This document shows, in pieces, positions 8,750 through 18,358 of a DNA stretch of 64,000 bases. Positions within the stretch are counted from its first letter, which is position 1, and each line of letters starts with the position of its first letter. The notes beneath the pieces were generated by a model. The model searched no databases. It worked only from the letters and a program-made list of their open reading frames with translations, and was not told the origin of the DNA. A program made the translations under genes and the position numbers. The stretch comes from a virus. Its lineage: Duplodnaviria > Caudoviricetes. The stretch lies in the IMG/VR virus record IMGVR_UViG_3300025372_000001; one strand, 5' to 3'.

Positions 8750-9717
8750 TATAAACTATCAAGGAATACTGATTTAAATTTCTTCATCACTTCATTAGGA
8801 GTAAATGCTTTATAGGCATTCCAATCTCTATAAGTCCATTCCTTATTAAATGAGGATAATATCTGATAAACTTCTTCTTTATTAGAATAATAAATTCCTT
8901 TATCTTTCAGGGTAAAGATATGATTTCTTTCAGGACTATTAGCATAAGTGATAACTGGTTTATTGCATAAAGAAAATTCTGCACATGCTGCTCCGAAACT
9001 TTCTCCTACATGTCTAGCATGAATCATTGCATCACAAGTATTAATGAACTTCCTTTTAACGGTTAAATCCGCAAAAGGATGGGTATGAATGATTCGAGGA
9101 TGATTGAAGAATTGAGGAGTTTGAGCAAAAAGAAAGTAAACATCATCTCGTTCAGATAAGATTTTAACTATTGCTTCATTTACGAAATGAATATCCCAGC
9201 CATAATGTCCGCCCATTCTACCAAACACAATTGCATCACGAGGAATACCAATTTGTTCTCTAAAGTCTTCTTGAGTGTCTGGTAAATGAACACAATAAGG
9301 AACAAAAGGATGCTCTCCTTTAGAGCAATGAATGCTTGACCATTCAGAAACATATGCATATACTTTTCCATGAGGTTCGTTGTTCATTCCTACTACATGA
9401 ACAAACATGGGAACATTATTGACCCATCTTCCTTCATTGATTTTACCGTTTTTTTGAAGATAACAAGCGGCAGCATTATGTTGAGTAATTGCATCCTCAA
9501 GAGCAGGCATATTTTGTGTTCCCGGTAATGCAACTAATTCAATATTATGTTGTTTGAATTTCTCAATTACTAAAGGACTGTTATAGGAATTAACTTCATC
9601 ATAAATCATCACAGATTTATTTCCAAGAATGGATTGATTGAAGTGACAATAATCGAAGTAGGAAACTCCTGTTCCTTGGAGGTCCATATGAGGTTGATAA
9701 AATGCTAAAGTGCTCAC
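8749..9717 (-). CDS. GT-B/GT4-like glycosyltransferase
   Basis: CDAMIHARHVGESFGAACAEFSLCNKPVIT motif. Confidence 0.85.
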   Translation of the reverse strand: MSTLAFYQPHMDLQGTGVSYFDYCHFNQSILGNKSVMIYDEVNSYNSPLVIEKFKQHNIELVALPGTQNMPALEDAITQHNAAACYLQKNGKINEGRWVNNVPMFVHVVGMNNEPHGKVYAYVSEWSSIHCSKGEHPFVPYCVHLPDTQEDFREQIGIPRDAIVFGRMGGHYGWDIHFVNEAIVKILSERDDVYFLFAQTPQFFNHPRIIHTHPFADLTVKRKFINTCDAMIHARHVGESFGAACAEFSLCNKPVITYANSPERNHIFTLKDKGIYYSNKEEVYQILSSFNKEWTYRDWNAYKAFTPNEVMKKFKSVFLDSL

Positions 9718-10532
9718 AATAAACTATATTCTTTTTGTTCTCTAATCTGTTCTTTGATACTTTTAGTAACCAACTTAGTAGTATCGTAAATAGAATCAAG
9801 CGTTCGGTAAATGCTCTTTGGCGCAAAAGATGGGATAATATCCACGGTCAAGCCATATAATTCATTGATTTTAGTAATCAAATCAAATTTGGAACAAACA
9901 TCGGGAGAATGAATATGTCGAACTCCTTCCCATATCATATTGTTTTCTATGATATGATGAATAAATTTGCTTAATTCTAAGCAAGTTACGCCATTCCATA
10001 AATGATTATCATAGCCATTTATAGTTTGACCTTTACTAGCTTTTACCCATTCTAATAGGGATTTTTTATGTCTAAGTTCTTCTCCGATAATAGACGTGCG
10101 AATGACACATGCTTTATCTGGTTCTCCTAAGCTTTTACTTTTACCATAAACACTTGTTTCATCGTGTTCATCTTTTTCATCATAACCGCCAGTTCTACCC
10201 GAAAAGACACAATCAGTGGTAATATGAATTAACTTAGCTCCGAGAGCACTACAAAGATATTGCAATTCATGTGGCAGAACAGAATTAATCAATATGCTAT
10301 CTAGAGGATTTGAGTCTTTTCGTTGAGGTACAATACCGATACAATTAATGACAATATCATTTTTAGACAAAACTAGATGTCTATTTAAACATGTAATACT
10401 TTCCCCATTTAGCGACAGGTTATTACGTGTGAAGTGTAATATCCTATAATCTTTAACGGGATTGCGTTTTAGATATGTATACACATATCTTCCTAACATC
10501 CCATTTGCTCCTAATACTAAAATATTATTCAT
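9714..10532 (-). CDS. rmlD: RmlD-like NDP-4-keto-6-deoxysugar reductase (SDR)
   Basis: GANGMLG, INCIG, HITTDCVFSG, YGKSKSLGE, IRTSIIG. Confidence 0.88.
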   Translation of the reverse strand: MNNILVLGANGMLGRYVYTYLKRNPVKDYRILHFTRNNLSLNGESITCLNRHLVLSKNDIVINCIGIVPQRKDSNPLDSILINSVLPHELQYLCSALGAKLIHITTDCVFSGRTGGYDEKDEHDETSVYGKSKSLGEPDKACVIRTSIIGEELRHKKSLLEWVKASKGQTINGYDNHLWNGVTCLELSKFIHHIIENNMIWEGVRHIHSPDVCSKFDLITKINELYGLTVDIIPSFAPKSIYRTLDSIYDTTKLVTKSIKEQIREQKEYSLL

Positions 10533-11476
10533 GGTTTATAAAAATTATGCTCTTCTAAAAATTCATATAATTCTTTTTCATCGATTAAACAATTCCTAGA
10601 CGAATATTCATTATCAGTAAAAGAAAATGCATTGTTTTGTATGTTTTTATGAATATTGAAAACATCATATTGATCATTCCAAGTCGTTCTCGGCATCTCT
10701 TCTGGAGCAATCATCAATTCATGAATCTTTTCATTAGGCCGTGGAACGGTAATATCATACTTTAATTTAAAAATATCATGATATATATTAAACAAATCTT
10801 TAACTTTGAAGCTCATTGCAGCAGGAACAACATTGACATTATTAAATTGCAATGATTTATAAATCAAATCCATTGCTTCTTCAATAGTTAAAAGAAACCT
10901 TGTCATATCCTCCCCAAACAAGGACAAAGTTTTATCATTCTTAATATATTTCCAAATTAAAGGAATAATTGAACCGGTTGAATTAACTACATTGCCATAT
11001 ACAACAGAAACTAATCGAGTAGAAACGTCTTCATTATTAGAAATAAAACTTTCAGAAGCAGTAAATTTCATTGAACCGTAAATGGTACTTGCTGCTCTAC
11101 TTTTATCAGAAGAAATAAAACAAGCAGCTTTCAACTTGTTATCAATTGCTGCCTTCTTTGAATTGAATGCGCCCTGAACAATGATTTGATTGGCTTCTTC
11201 GTAATTAGTTTCACATGCCTCGATTTGCTTCATACTTGCTGCAAAGATACCAATATCCATTCCTCTCATTGATCTATTCAAATGATCAAAATTACGAATA
11301 TCCCCGACAATAAATTTAACCTTGGGAAACTCTTTCTTTAAGAAATAATGTTTGGCTTCATCTCTGGAGAAAACGGTAATTTCATTATTTTGATATAAAT
11401 CCTTGATTAGATTTTTACCAAGATAACCTGCTCCTCCCGTGATAAAAACACGGGAATTTATGGGTCGATAACTCAT
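10529..11476 (-). CDS. UDP-GlcNAc 4,6-dehydratase (PseB/FlaA1/FnlA-like)
   Basis: ITGGAGYLG, FSRDEAKH, GDIR, AASMKQI, SSDKS, YGSMK, YGNVVNSTGSIIP, MTRF, RPNEKIHE. Confidence 0.9.
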   Translation of the reverse strand: MSYRPINSRVFITGGAGYLGKNLIKDLYQNNEITVFSRDEAKHYFLKKEFPKVKFIVGDIRNFDHLNRSMRGMDIGIFAASMKQIEACETNYEEANQIIVQGAFNSKKAAIDNKLKAACFISSDKSRAASTIYGSMKFTASESFISNNEDVSTRLVSVVYGNVVNSTGSIIPLIWKYIKNDKTLSLFGEDMTRFLLTIEEAMDLIYKSLQFNNVNVVPAAMSFKVKDLFNIYHDIFKLKYDITVPRPNEKIHELMIAPEEMPRTTWNDQYDVFNIHKNIQNNAFSFTDNEYSSRNCLIDEKELYEFLEEHNFYKP

Positions 11477-12039
11477 GCTAGGGTCAATATATCATCAATA
11501 CTCTGTCCTTGCAAGATGATACTTTTATTATTAAAGTAATAATCAAAGTCTTTTCTTTCATAAACTAAAATATTCTTATTTGGTTGAACTTTAACAACAC
11601 CTAATACATCATTACTTGGAAAGATATAAGAAAAAGCATTAAAATTCGGATTGCCTCTGATTTCAATAAATGAAATATATGCGGTTCCACTAGCAGTTTG
11701 TTTAGTATTATCTAAATTCTCTGGTCCAACATCATGCATGAAAATAATTCCATCAGGATTTAATGCTTTTACTGCATTCTCAAAATCTTTATTAACTTGC
11801 GAGTATTCGTGGTATGCATCAATATAAATCACATCAAATGTTTGAGTATTCTGTTTAAAGAAATCATCGGTTGTTCCCAAGAAATCAGGTCTTGTCCGAG
11901 GATTAGTATCTATTCCTTTTTTATGTAAACATTTAATTCTATCAAATGTTTCTCTTGCTTCTCCTAATCCTAATTCAAGATAAGAAGAATATTGCTTATG
12001 TTCTATAACTCGGTTGATTAATTCAAATTTATCTTTCAT
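11473..12039 (-). CDS. Class I SAM-dependent methyltransferase (Methyltransf_24-like)
   Basis: YLELGL, FDVIYIDAYHEY, GIIFMHD. Confidence 0.85.
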   Translation of the reverse strand: MKDKFELINRVIEHKQYSSYLELGLGEARETFDRIKCLHKKGIDTNPRTRPDFLGTTDDFFKQNTQTFDVIYIDAYHEYSQVNKDFENAVKALNPDGIIFMHDVGPENLDNTKQTASGTAYISFIEIRGNPNFNAFSYIFPSNDVLGVVKVQPNKNILVYERKDFDYYFNNKSIILQGQSIDDILTLA

Positions 12040-12952
12040 ATTGTTCAATTTTATCCATTACGTATCTGGCTCTGGCAATAGTTGTTCCATTTTCTTTCAA
12101 CCATTTCTGTTGAGCCTCGTATAATTCTATATATTCCTTCGTTGGTTTATTATCAATTACCAATCTATTCATTATCTCATATAATTCTTGTTCAGTATGA
12201 TATGAAATAGTTGGAAGATTTCGAGGTTCCATTAAAGGATGTTTATCTTGGTAATTTTTAAACAATAAAACGGCTCCATTTGCCATTATTTCATAATGAC
12301 GAAGGCATTCCCATCCTCCTTTTACACAAGTCAAACCAAACCAACTTTCTTGAAGGTCTTTATAGTATTCTTCTTCTGCATTGAATTTTTGAGTAGAATT
12401 ATTCCGAAAACAAGCATCAGCAGGAGAAGTTTGTTGAAACAACTGTTTCTTTATTTCTAAATTTATATTTGATATTTTATGAGAAGGAATACCGAAACCA
12501 ATCGGCCAAACAGTATCAAAATCTTCCACTAATTCACGTTTAAAACATTTGGAAAGGAATTGTGTTCCAATAACTTCTTGCCCTTTATACGTTATTTTCC
12601 TTTCTGCATTACCATAAAGATCGTTTCCATCTGTATAGAATTGATTGGGATGATTTACGTTCCATCTGTCTCCGTAAATGAATCCTGAACCGTGAATAAC
12701 TACATCAAAATCAATTACTCTTAGATTATTTCTATCATATGATGCATCTTTGATGGGCGAAGTACAGAAAGTCATACCTTTTCCATGCAGTTTATTCATG
12801 GGAGATTCAGTAAAATCACCATAAAGTATTTTCTTTTTCGGAAATTCAACGAAGTCTTCTCCTAATAGTTCTCTTAATCCATGAACCAAGGTTAACTCAA
12901 GGTAATCGCCTTGAGCATTAGAATTTCTAGTACATAAAAATAAAACTTTCAT
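12029..12952 (-). CDS. Putative GT-B glycosyltransferase
   Basis: GGWECLRHYEIMANGAVLLF, resembling the R.YE..A.G motif of GT-B C-domains; island context. Confidence 0.65.
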   Translation of the reverse strand: MKVLFLCTRNSNAQGDYLELTLVHGLRELLGEDFVEFPKKKILYGDFTESPMNKLHGKGMTFCTSPIKDASYDRNNLRVIDFDVVIHGSGFIYGDRWNVNHPNQFYTDGNDLYGNAERKITYKGQEVIGTQFLSKCFKRELVEDFDTVWPIGFGIPSHKISNINLEIKKQLFQQTSPADACFRNNSTQKFNAEEEYYKDLQESWFGLTCVKGGWECLRHYEIMANGAVLLFKNYQDKHPLMEPRNLPTISYHTEQELYEIMNRLVIDNKPTKEYIELYEAQQKWLKENGTTIARARYVMDKIEQYER

Positions 12953-13713
12953 TATTGTTGAACCAATCTAATATCTGATAAATTATGAATAGGTCGATTT
13001 TGAATCATGCTACTGGCAGAAGGTCCACTATTAGGACGATTATATTCAATATTAAGTTGACTATCATTCCAATTTTTCCATGATTTTTTAATATCTTCTC
13101 GTTCTTTTCCTAAAAATAAATCCCACTGTTCGTATTTCTCTTCGGGAAGATTTTTAATGATAATGTTACTGTATCGCATATCGTATTTTGCATCCCAATG
13201 AGGTTGAGAATAACGACATTTACTGTTTATATCTTGTAAGGGACTTTTTGCTTCCCCATAATTATAATTTGACTCTTGTGATTCATATAATGCTAAATTA
13301 TGTTGTTTTAAACGGAAAACAAAATCTCTATCTTCCCATCCTCCTCCAATAAATCGTTCATCCCACCAACCAATCGTTCTAATTAATTGCTTGGAGAACA
13401 TCATGTACCCAACATTATACATAAAAGAAGCAGCATAACCTTCTTTCATATGATTAATCATTTTCAGTGCTTCTTCTAAAGTGATTATCGATCTATCATT
13501 GACAAAAATCATCCATTCATATTTGGAAGTAGCAATGGCATGATTCATCATTAAGCTATAAGACTTATAGGCATGGGGATAACGTTCCGAGCGTAAATTC
13601 CAATCAATCTCATAATTTCTTTCTAATTCTCCCAGAATATGTTTTTGTTCCTTCTCAATAGAAGATGAATGTCCTACATGTAAATTTATACTAATTTCTC
13701 CAATATCAATCAT
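12952..13713 (-). CDS. GT-A/GT2-like glycosyltransferase
   Basis: WMIFVND, WWDERFIGGGWEDRDFVFR. Confidence 0.75.
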   Translation of the reverse strand: MIDIGEISINLHVGHSSSIEKEQKHILGELERNYEIDWNLRSERYPHAYKSYSLMMNHAIATSKYEWMIFVNDRSIITLEEALKMINHMKEGYAASFMYNVGYMMFSKQLIRTIGWWDERFIGGGWEDRDFVFRLKQHNLALYESQESNYNYGEAKSPLQDINSKCRYSQPHWDAKYDMRYSNIIIKNLPEEKYEQWDLFLGKEREDIKKSWKNWNDSQLNIEYNRPNSGPSASSMIQNRPIHNLSDIRLVQQ

Positions 13714-14624
13714 AATTTTTTAAAGTCGGTATATGCTAATTCTATTCCTTGTTCCAATTTAACCATTGGTTTCCATCCTAATGATTTAATAATATCCACA
13801 TTCATCAATTTAGAATAAGTTCCGTCTGGTTTAGTTGTATCCCAAATAATCTTTCCTTTATATCCAACTACTTTCTTAATAGTGTTTGCTAATTGGTTAA
13901 TAGATACATTTATTCCTGAACCAATATTGACTATATGAAATTCTGGTCTAGATTCAAGAACTTTATAACAACCTTTGGCAAGATCATCTGCCCAAAGAAA
14001 CTCTCTCAACGGTTTACCTGATCCCCACAAGGTAACAGTTGGTTTCTTTTCAATTTTTGCTTGATGAAATTTCTTAATTAAACCAGGAATAACATGAGAA
14101 TTTTGTTCATGATAATTATCACCAATTCCGTATAAGTTACAAGGCATCACTGATCTATAATTTAATCCATATTGTTGTGAATAATATTCACAAAGTTTAA
14201 TTCCGGCTATCTTGGCAATTGCATAAGGTTCATTAGTAGGTTCTAGTGAACTAGTTAATAATTGCTCTTCTTTAATGGGATTAGGAGTAACTTTGGGATA
14301 GATACAAGAGCTTCCTAAGTAGAGCAGGTCTTTGACTTGAGTTTTATATGCGGAATGAATGCAATTGGCAGCAATCATTAAGTTTTCATAAATGAAATCG
14401 GCAGGAAAGGTGGAATTGGCGAGTATGCCTCCTACTTTTCCTGCCGCAATGATTACCGAATCAATTTCTTCTGATTGAAAGAAATCTTCTACATCTTCTT
14501 GAGAGGTTAGATCAAGTTCTGAATGGGTTTTATAGACAGGTTCATATCTGGTTAAATCTAAGTTTTTTAGTAGGGAAGTTCCTACTAAACCTTTATGTCC
14601 TGCTATGAAAATCCTCTTACGCAT
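13710..14624 (-). CDS. fcl: GDP-L-fucose synthase
   Basis: IAGHKGLVG, AAGKVGGILAN, LGSSCIYPK, LEPTNEPYAIAK, PCNLYG, SHVIPG, WGSGKPLREF, KPDG. Confidence 0.95.
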   Translation of the reverse strand: MRKRIFIAGHKGLVGTSLLKNLDLTRYEPVYKTHSELDLTSQEDVEDFFQSEEIDSVIIAAGKVGGILANSTFPADFIYENLMIAANCIHSAYKTQVKDLLYLGSSCIYPKVTPNPIKEEQLLTSSLEPTNEPYAIAKIAGIKLCEYYSQQYGLNYRSVMPCNLYGIGDNYHEQNSHVIPGLIKKFHQAKIEKKPTVTLWGSGKPLREFLWADDLAKGCYKVLESRPEFHIVNIGSGINVSINQLANTIKKVVGYKGKIIWDTTKPDGTYSKLMNVDIIKSLGWKPMVKLEQGIELAYTDFKKL

Positions 14625-15589
14625 CAAATAATTATATAGTCACATGCTTTGAGACTATCAAGGTTCTTCCCGCCTGAATAACTTACACTAGATTTCAGAC
14701 TATCTTCAATTAATTTAATTTGCTCTTTTAAAGTTAATCCATTGGTATCAGTATGAATGATGGTTCCTTCGACATTAGAGGAATGACCTTTTGCTTTGGC
14801 GGTAGAATTACCGTAATAACCTTCACGAATGGCAGGAGAGTCGATACATTGAGAGAATAAGAATCCACTACAGACATAATTTGCTCCGAATCGAATAGCT
14901 TTGGCAATATCACCGATTGCAGGTTCTCTTGTTGCACATTTAGTAATACCTCCATCAGAGATGATTTTAATCTTATTTTTAGCTTGGGCCATTCGATAAA
15001 GATCACCAATAGAGGTCGAACCAAAACCGGTGAATTGACGGGTTCTACAACTTTGACTAATTCCAATATTAACCTTTGCAGCATCTACACCTAAATCTTC
15101 TAACCATCTGATCCAATCAGGATGATCCCCATTACCAACAATTAAATAAGCAGCAGGAAGATGTTCTTTAATATATTTGATCATTCTTTCTACTTGATCT
15201 TGCCAAGATAATGCAACATCAATAGTGATATAAAGATTATTTTTTTTATAATGGTCTTTAATCCATTGAACTAATTCATAATCAGAATCTTTAACTCCGA
15301 TAGAGACGGATGCAATATTCCAATTATCTTTTTCGACTCTGGTAAGGAAATCTTTAATTTGAGAATAGGGGCAAGTACGATGAAAGATATAGAACCACCC
15401 TGCTTTATCAAAGATTTCGCAAATATCTTCATTGATAATGGCTTTCATATTTGCAGGGAAAACCGGTGAATTGATTTTGATATGGCCTATAAGGGTAGAA
15501 ATATCACATTCTTTTCGTGAATTTATAATACATCTACCATGTTTAAGTAGAATATTTTCATAGGTTAGGTGTTGGGGTATGTTATTCAT
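14624..15589 (-). CDS. guaC: GMP reductase (IMPDH/GMPR family), divergent
   Basis: SPVFPANM, SIGVK, TIDVA, GNG, KVNIGISQSCRTR (catalytic Cys loop), IISDGGI, GDIAKA, YYGNST, NVEG, SSVSYSG. Confidence 0.85.
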   Translation of the reverse strand: MNNIPQHLTYENILLKHGRCIINSRKECDISTLIGHIKINSPVFPANMKAIINEDICEIFDKAGWFYIFHRTCPYSQIKDFLTRVEKDNWNIASVSIGVKDSDYELVQWIKDHYKKNNLYITIDVALSWQDQVERMIKYIKEHLPAAYLIVGNGDHPDWIRWLEDLGVDAAKVNIGISQSCRTRQFTGFGSTSIGDLYRMAQAKNKIKIISDGGITKCATREPAIGDIAKAIRFGANYVCSGFLFSQCIDSPAIREGYYGNSTAKAKGHSSNVEGTIIHTDTNGLTLKEQIKLIEDSLKSSVSYSGGKNLDSLKACDYIII

Positions 15590-15590
15590 A

Positions 15591-16370
15591 TTAGTTAATC
15601 CAAGATTTTGCTACATTCCAATTACTTCCGGTAAAGTGCCGGAATTTTACTTTACTTCTATCATCAAACTTATTGATATAGAAAGTAGTATCAGATTCAC
15701 CGGGCCAAATAGTTAGGTTATATTCTACGGGAAGAATTTGCACATGTCTATTAAAATCTTCTACCGAATAAAATGTAGTAATCTTCTTGTCGGAATGAAC
15801 TCCATTATTAGGTAATTCTGTGAAGGGAATCCATGAATGACGCTTAATACCGAAAAGATCGTAGAAGACCGCCTGCTCACGGAATTCATTTAAAAATATT
15901 GATGGTGGTCTATTAGGAAATCCTTCATGAATAGTATATTCTCTTGACATTCGCTGAAAGCGATCTTCGTCAAGGATATTATCTACTAACTGTCGAGTCC
16001 AATCATTGATTCTCAATCCAAAAATACCGTGGCAGTACGAGTTTCCAGAGTCTATACAAATTGTCATAGACTTATCCTCGGCAGGTTCATAATCATCTAC
16101 CCAAGATTTTACCACAACATCCGCATCTTGTTGAATAATTATATCATTCTCTTTTAATGTTTCGCTTTTAATTAGTGATTGAATAATGCTCCATTTACAC
16201 CAAGTTAAGTTGCCGCGAAAAGGAACAGGATTATGTTCTTTCCGAATCTCTACATATTTAAATCCATGCAGTTCACAGTAATCTTTATTTCTAGGAGAAA
16301 TAATCTCGTCAAAAATCTTCTGGCGATAATCATTTTCTGGATAGGCACTGATAACAAATAGGTATTTCAT
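15591..16370 (-). CDS. GT-A glycosyltransferase, GT34 (Mnn10/GMA12)-like
   Basis: WCKWSII, QQDADVVV (DxD), EQAVF, LPVEYN, FRHFTG. Confidence 0.7.
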   Translation of the reverse strand: MKYLFVISAYPENDYRQKIFDEIISPRNKDYCELHGFKYVEIRKEHNPVPFRGNLTWCKWSIIQSLIKSETLKENDIIIQQDADVVVKSWVDDYEPAEDKSMTICIDSGNSYCHGIFGLRINDWTRQLVDNILDEDRFQRMSREYTIHEGFPNRPPSIFLNEFREQAVFYDLFGIKRHSWIPFTELPNNGVHSDKKITTFYSVEDFNRHVQILPVEYNLTIWPGESDTTFYINKFDDRSKVKFRHFTGSNWNVAKSWIN

Positions 16371-16537
16371 TCAAATATATAATTCTTTAGATTGTTGAGA
16401 GCTTCTTTATATTCAGCTAATAATTTCTGGAAATGTGCATCATCTATTTCTTCCCAATACGAATACTCGTCCATGGCATAATGAAAGCCTTCAAAACTTA
16501 TAATTTCTTTAATATAATCTTTAGCGTTTTTGTCCAT
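16367..16537 (-). CDS. Hypothetical protein (56 aa, not in ORF track)
   Basis: MDKNAKDYIKEIISFEGF...NYIFE*; ATGA overlap with next gene. Confidence 0.6.
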   Translation of the reverse strand: MDKNAKDYIKEIISFEGFHYAMDEYSYWEEIDDAHFQKLLAEYKEALNNLKNYIFE

Positions 16538-16567
16538 CTTATTTTCTCAAATAAATTAATAGGTATT

Positions 16568-16786
16568 TCATCGATCTAGTAGATATGCTTGATAATATAT
16601 ATCAGCCAAATTCATTATCAATTCTTGAGCACGACTTTCATCCCAATGTTCGGATTTAGACATATTATATGCTATTTTTAAATATTCTCTAATATCAAAT
16701 ATTTTTTCTAATTTCATATTTCTATATTCAATTTGAAACTTTTCATGCTCATACATGGGAGCAGGTACAATTATATCTTCTATCAT
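16568..16786 (-). CDS. Hypothetical protein
   Basis: 72-aa ORF, ATGA overlap. Confidence 0.55.
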   Translation of the reverse strand: MIEDIIVPAPMYEHEKFQIEYRNMKLEKIFDIREYLKIAYNMSKSEHWDESRAQELIMNLADIYYQAYLLDR

Positions 16787-17646
16787 AATCTCTTCAAAAT
16801 CTGATTACAAGTGCCCTCAAGCGTGAACCAATCATCGTATAATTCTTTCGCTTTTCTCAGCATACCATTATATCTTTCTTTATCATTATAAATTTCCATT
16901 AAAATATCATGCATGTGGTAAATTTGATCGGGTTTAATGATAACACAAAAATCTTGCCACTTCAATTGTTCTTCCCAAGGAAGCCAATGTTTATCTGAAA
17001 CATAAACAGGAACAGAATTTAATTGCATTGCCTCATATAATCTAAAACTGGCGGGCGCGTTCCCTCTTATCGCTAAAGTGAAAGCAGATTGTGAAGTTAT
17101 TGTAATAAATTCATCTAATTTTTCTGATGGTAATGTTTGTTGCCAATTTTCCATAGGAGGAAAATAACAATCTTTATATTTTCGTAATACTTCATAAGTG
17201 TATTGTCTTAAAGGGTGTGTCATCCTACCCACAAACGAACAAAGGTATTTTTTGTTGTCGGTGATTATTAGCTTTTCTTGGGGTATTTTAGACACTACTA
17301 ATGGAATAGGCACTTTATATGTTCCCGATCCTCTGTCGCTTGCAGCAGCAAATACAGTGGTATTACGGGGCAATGTATGTAATACCCCATCATCAAACTG
17401 AACAATTGTAAAATATTCTTCATTTTGTGGAAGAGCATTTAAATATTCCTGAACAGGGATAGGATTCTGTTGAACATATATAGGGGTCCACCAAACGGCT
17501 AGATATTTTTTATTAGTTTTAACTTTATCTTTGTTAGCATGAAATGCATTAAAGAAACTTTCCTCCAAATAAGTTTCAGGATTCGCATATGGTGGCATGG
17601 GAGGATACTCGGATTTTATCCTAAGTTTTGAAAAATCGTAAATCAT
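16783..17646 (-). CDS. Exostosin-family (GT47) glycosyltransferase
   Basis: YLCSFVG..T, SAFTLAIRGNAPASFRLYEAMQLNSVPVYVSDKHWLPW..W. Confidence 0.88.
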   Translation of the reverse strand: MIYDFSKLRIKSEYPPMPPYANPETYLEESFFNAFHANKDKVKTNKKYLAVWWTPIYVQQNPIPVQEYLNALPQNEEYFTIVQFDDGVLHTLPRNTTVFAAASDRGSGTYKVPIPLVVSKIPQEKLIITDNKKYLCSFVGRMTHPLRQYTYEVLRKYKDCYFPPMENWQQTLPSEKLDEFITITSQSAFTLAIRGNAPASFRLYEAMQLNSVPVYVSDKHWLPWEEQLKWQDFCVIIKPDQIYHMHDILMEIYNDKERYNGMLRKAKELYDDWFTLEGTCNQILKRL

Positions 17647-17647
17647 A

Positions 17648-18355
17648 TTATTTTAATTTCTCCTTAAAAAGTTCTAACAATTGCTCTTTATGCTCATAAT
17701 GACAATAATTACCATGAAGAAATAATAACTTCTCTTTAAAGGGAATTTCAAAGGTGTTATCTGTTCCATCCCATACTTTACCTGCAATAGACCCATACGT
17801 AAATGCAACATCGAACGGAAGAACATTAAACTTAATGTCTTTTAATTCAAAAAATCTATGTTTATTCACTAAAAGCCAGGTGAATACTTCCTGTTCATTA
17901 GCAAATGTTGGTTGCCCTGGAACAAGAGTTGTGCCATGCATAATAACATTAACTGCCTTCATTAAATTCCTAGTATTTTCCGTGGATTTGATACATATTA
18001 TTCCAGTACAATAATTGGGAAAATGAGGAAAAGGAGAATCAGATTGACATAGAACATCATAATCCTTCATTGCTTTTTGAACATAATCAAAGAAGTTCTG
18101 AACAATGATAATATCAGTATCCACAAAAAGATAATATTCTCCATCAGGAGTAGTCATTAACTCATTGTATAACAGTTCTGATTTTATTTGCATGAAGTTC
18201 TTCCATTCGGAAGAATTAAATTTTGGTTTCTCTCCTGCTAATTGTGGAGCTTCTACTGCTTTTAATTCCAAACGATCATCTTTAGGAAAAGATGGAAGAA
18301 AATATTCTTCATACATTTTTTTATGGCTTGGACTATATAATGTTACGATTTTCAT
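17648..18355 (-). CDS. Nucleotide-diphospho-sugar transferase (GT77-like)
   Basis: LFVDTDII (DxD), YDVLCQSD, CTGIICIKS, NEQEVF, HGNY. Confidence 0.8.
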   Translation of the reverse strand: MKIVTLYSPSHKKMYEEYFLPSFPKDDRLELKAVEAPQLAGEKPKFNSSEWKNFMQIKSELLYNELMTTPDGEYYLFVDTDIIIVQNFFDYVQKAMKDYDVLCQSDSPFPHFPNYCTGIICIKSTENTRNLMKAVNVIMHGTTLVPGQPTFANEQEVFTWLLVNKHRFFELKDIKFNVLPFDVAFTYGSIAGKVWDGTDNTFEIPFKEKLLFLHGNYCHYEHKEQLLELFKEKLK

Positions 18356-18358
18356 CAA

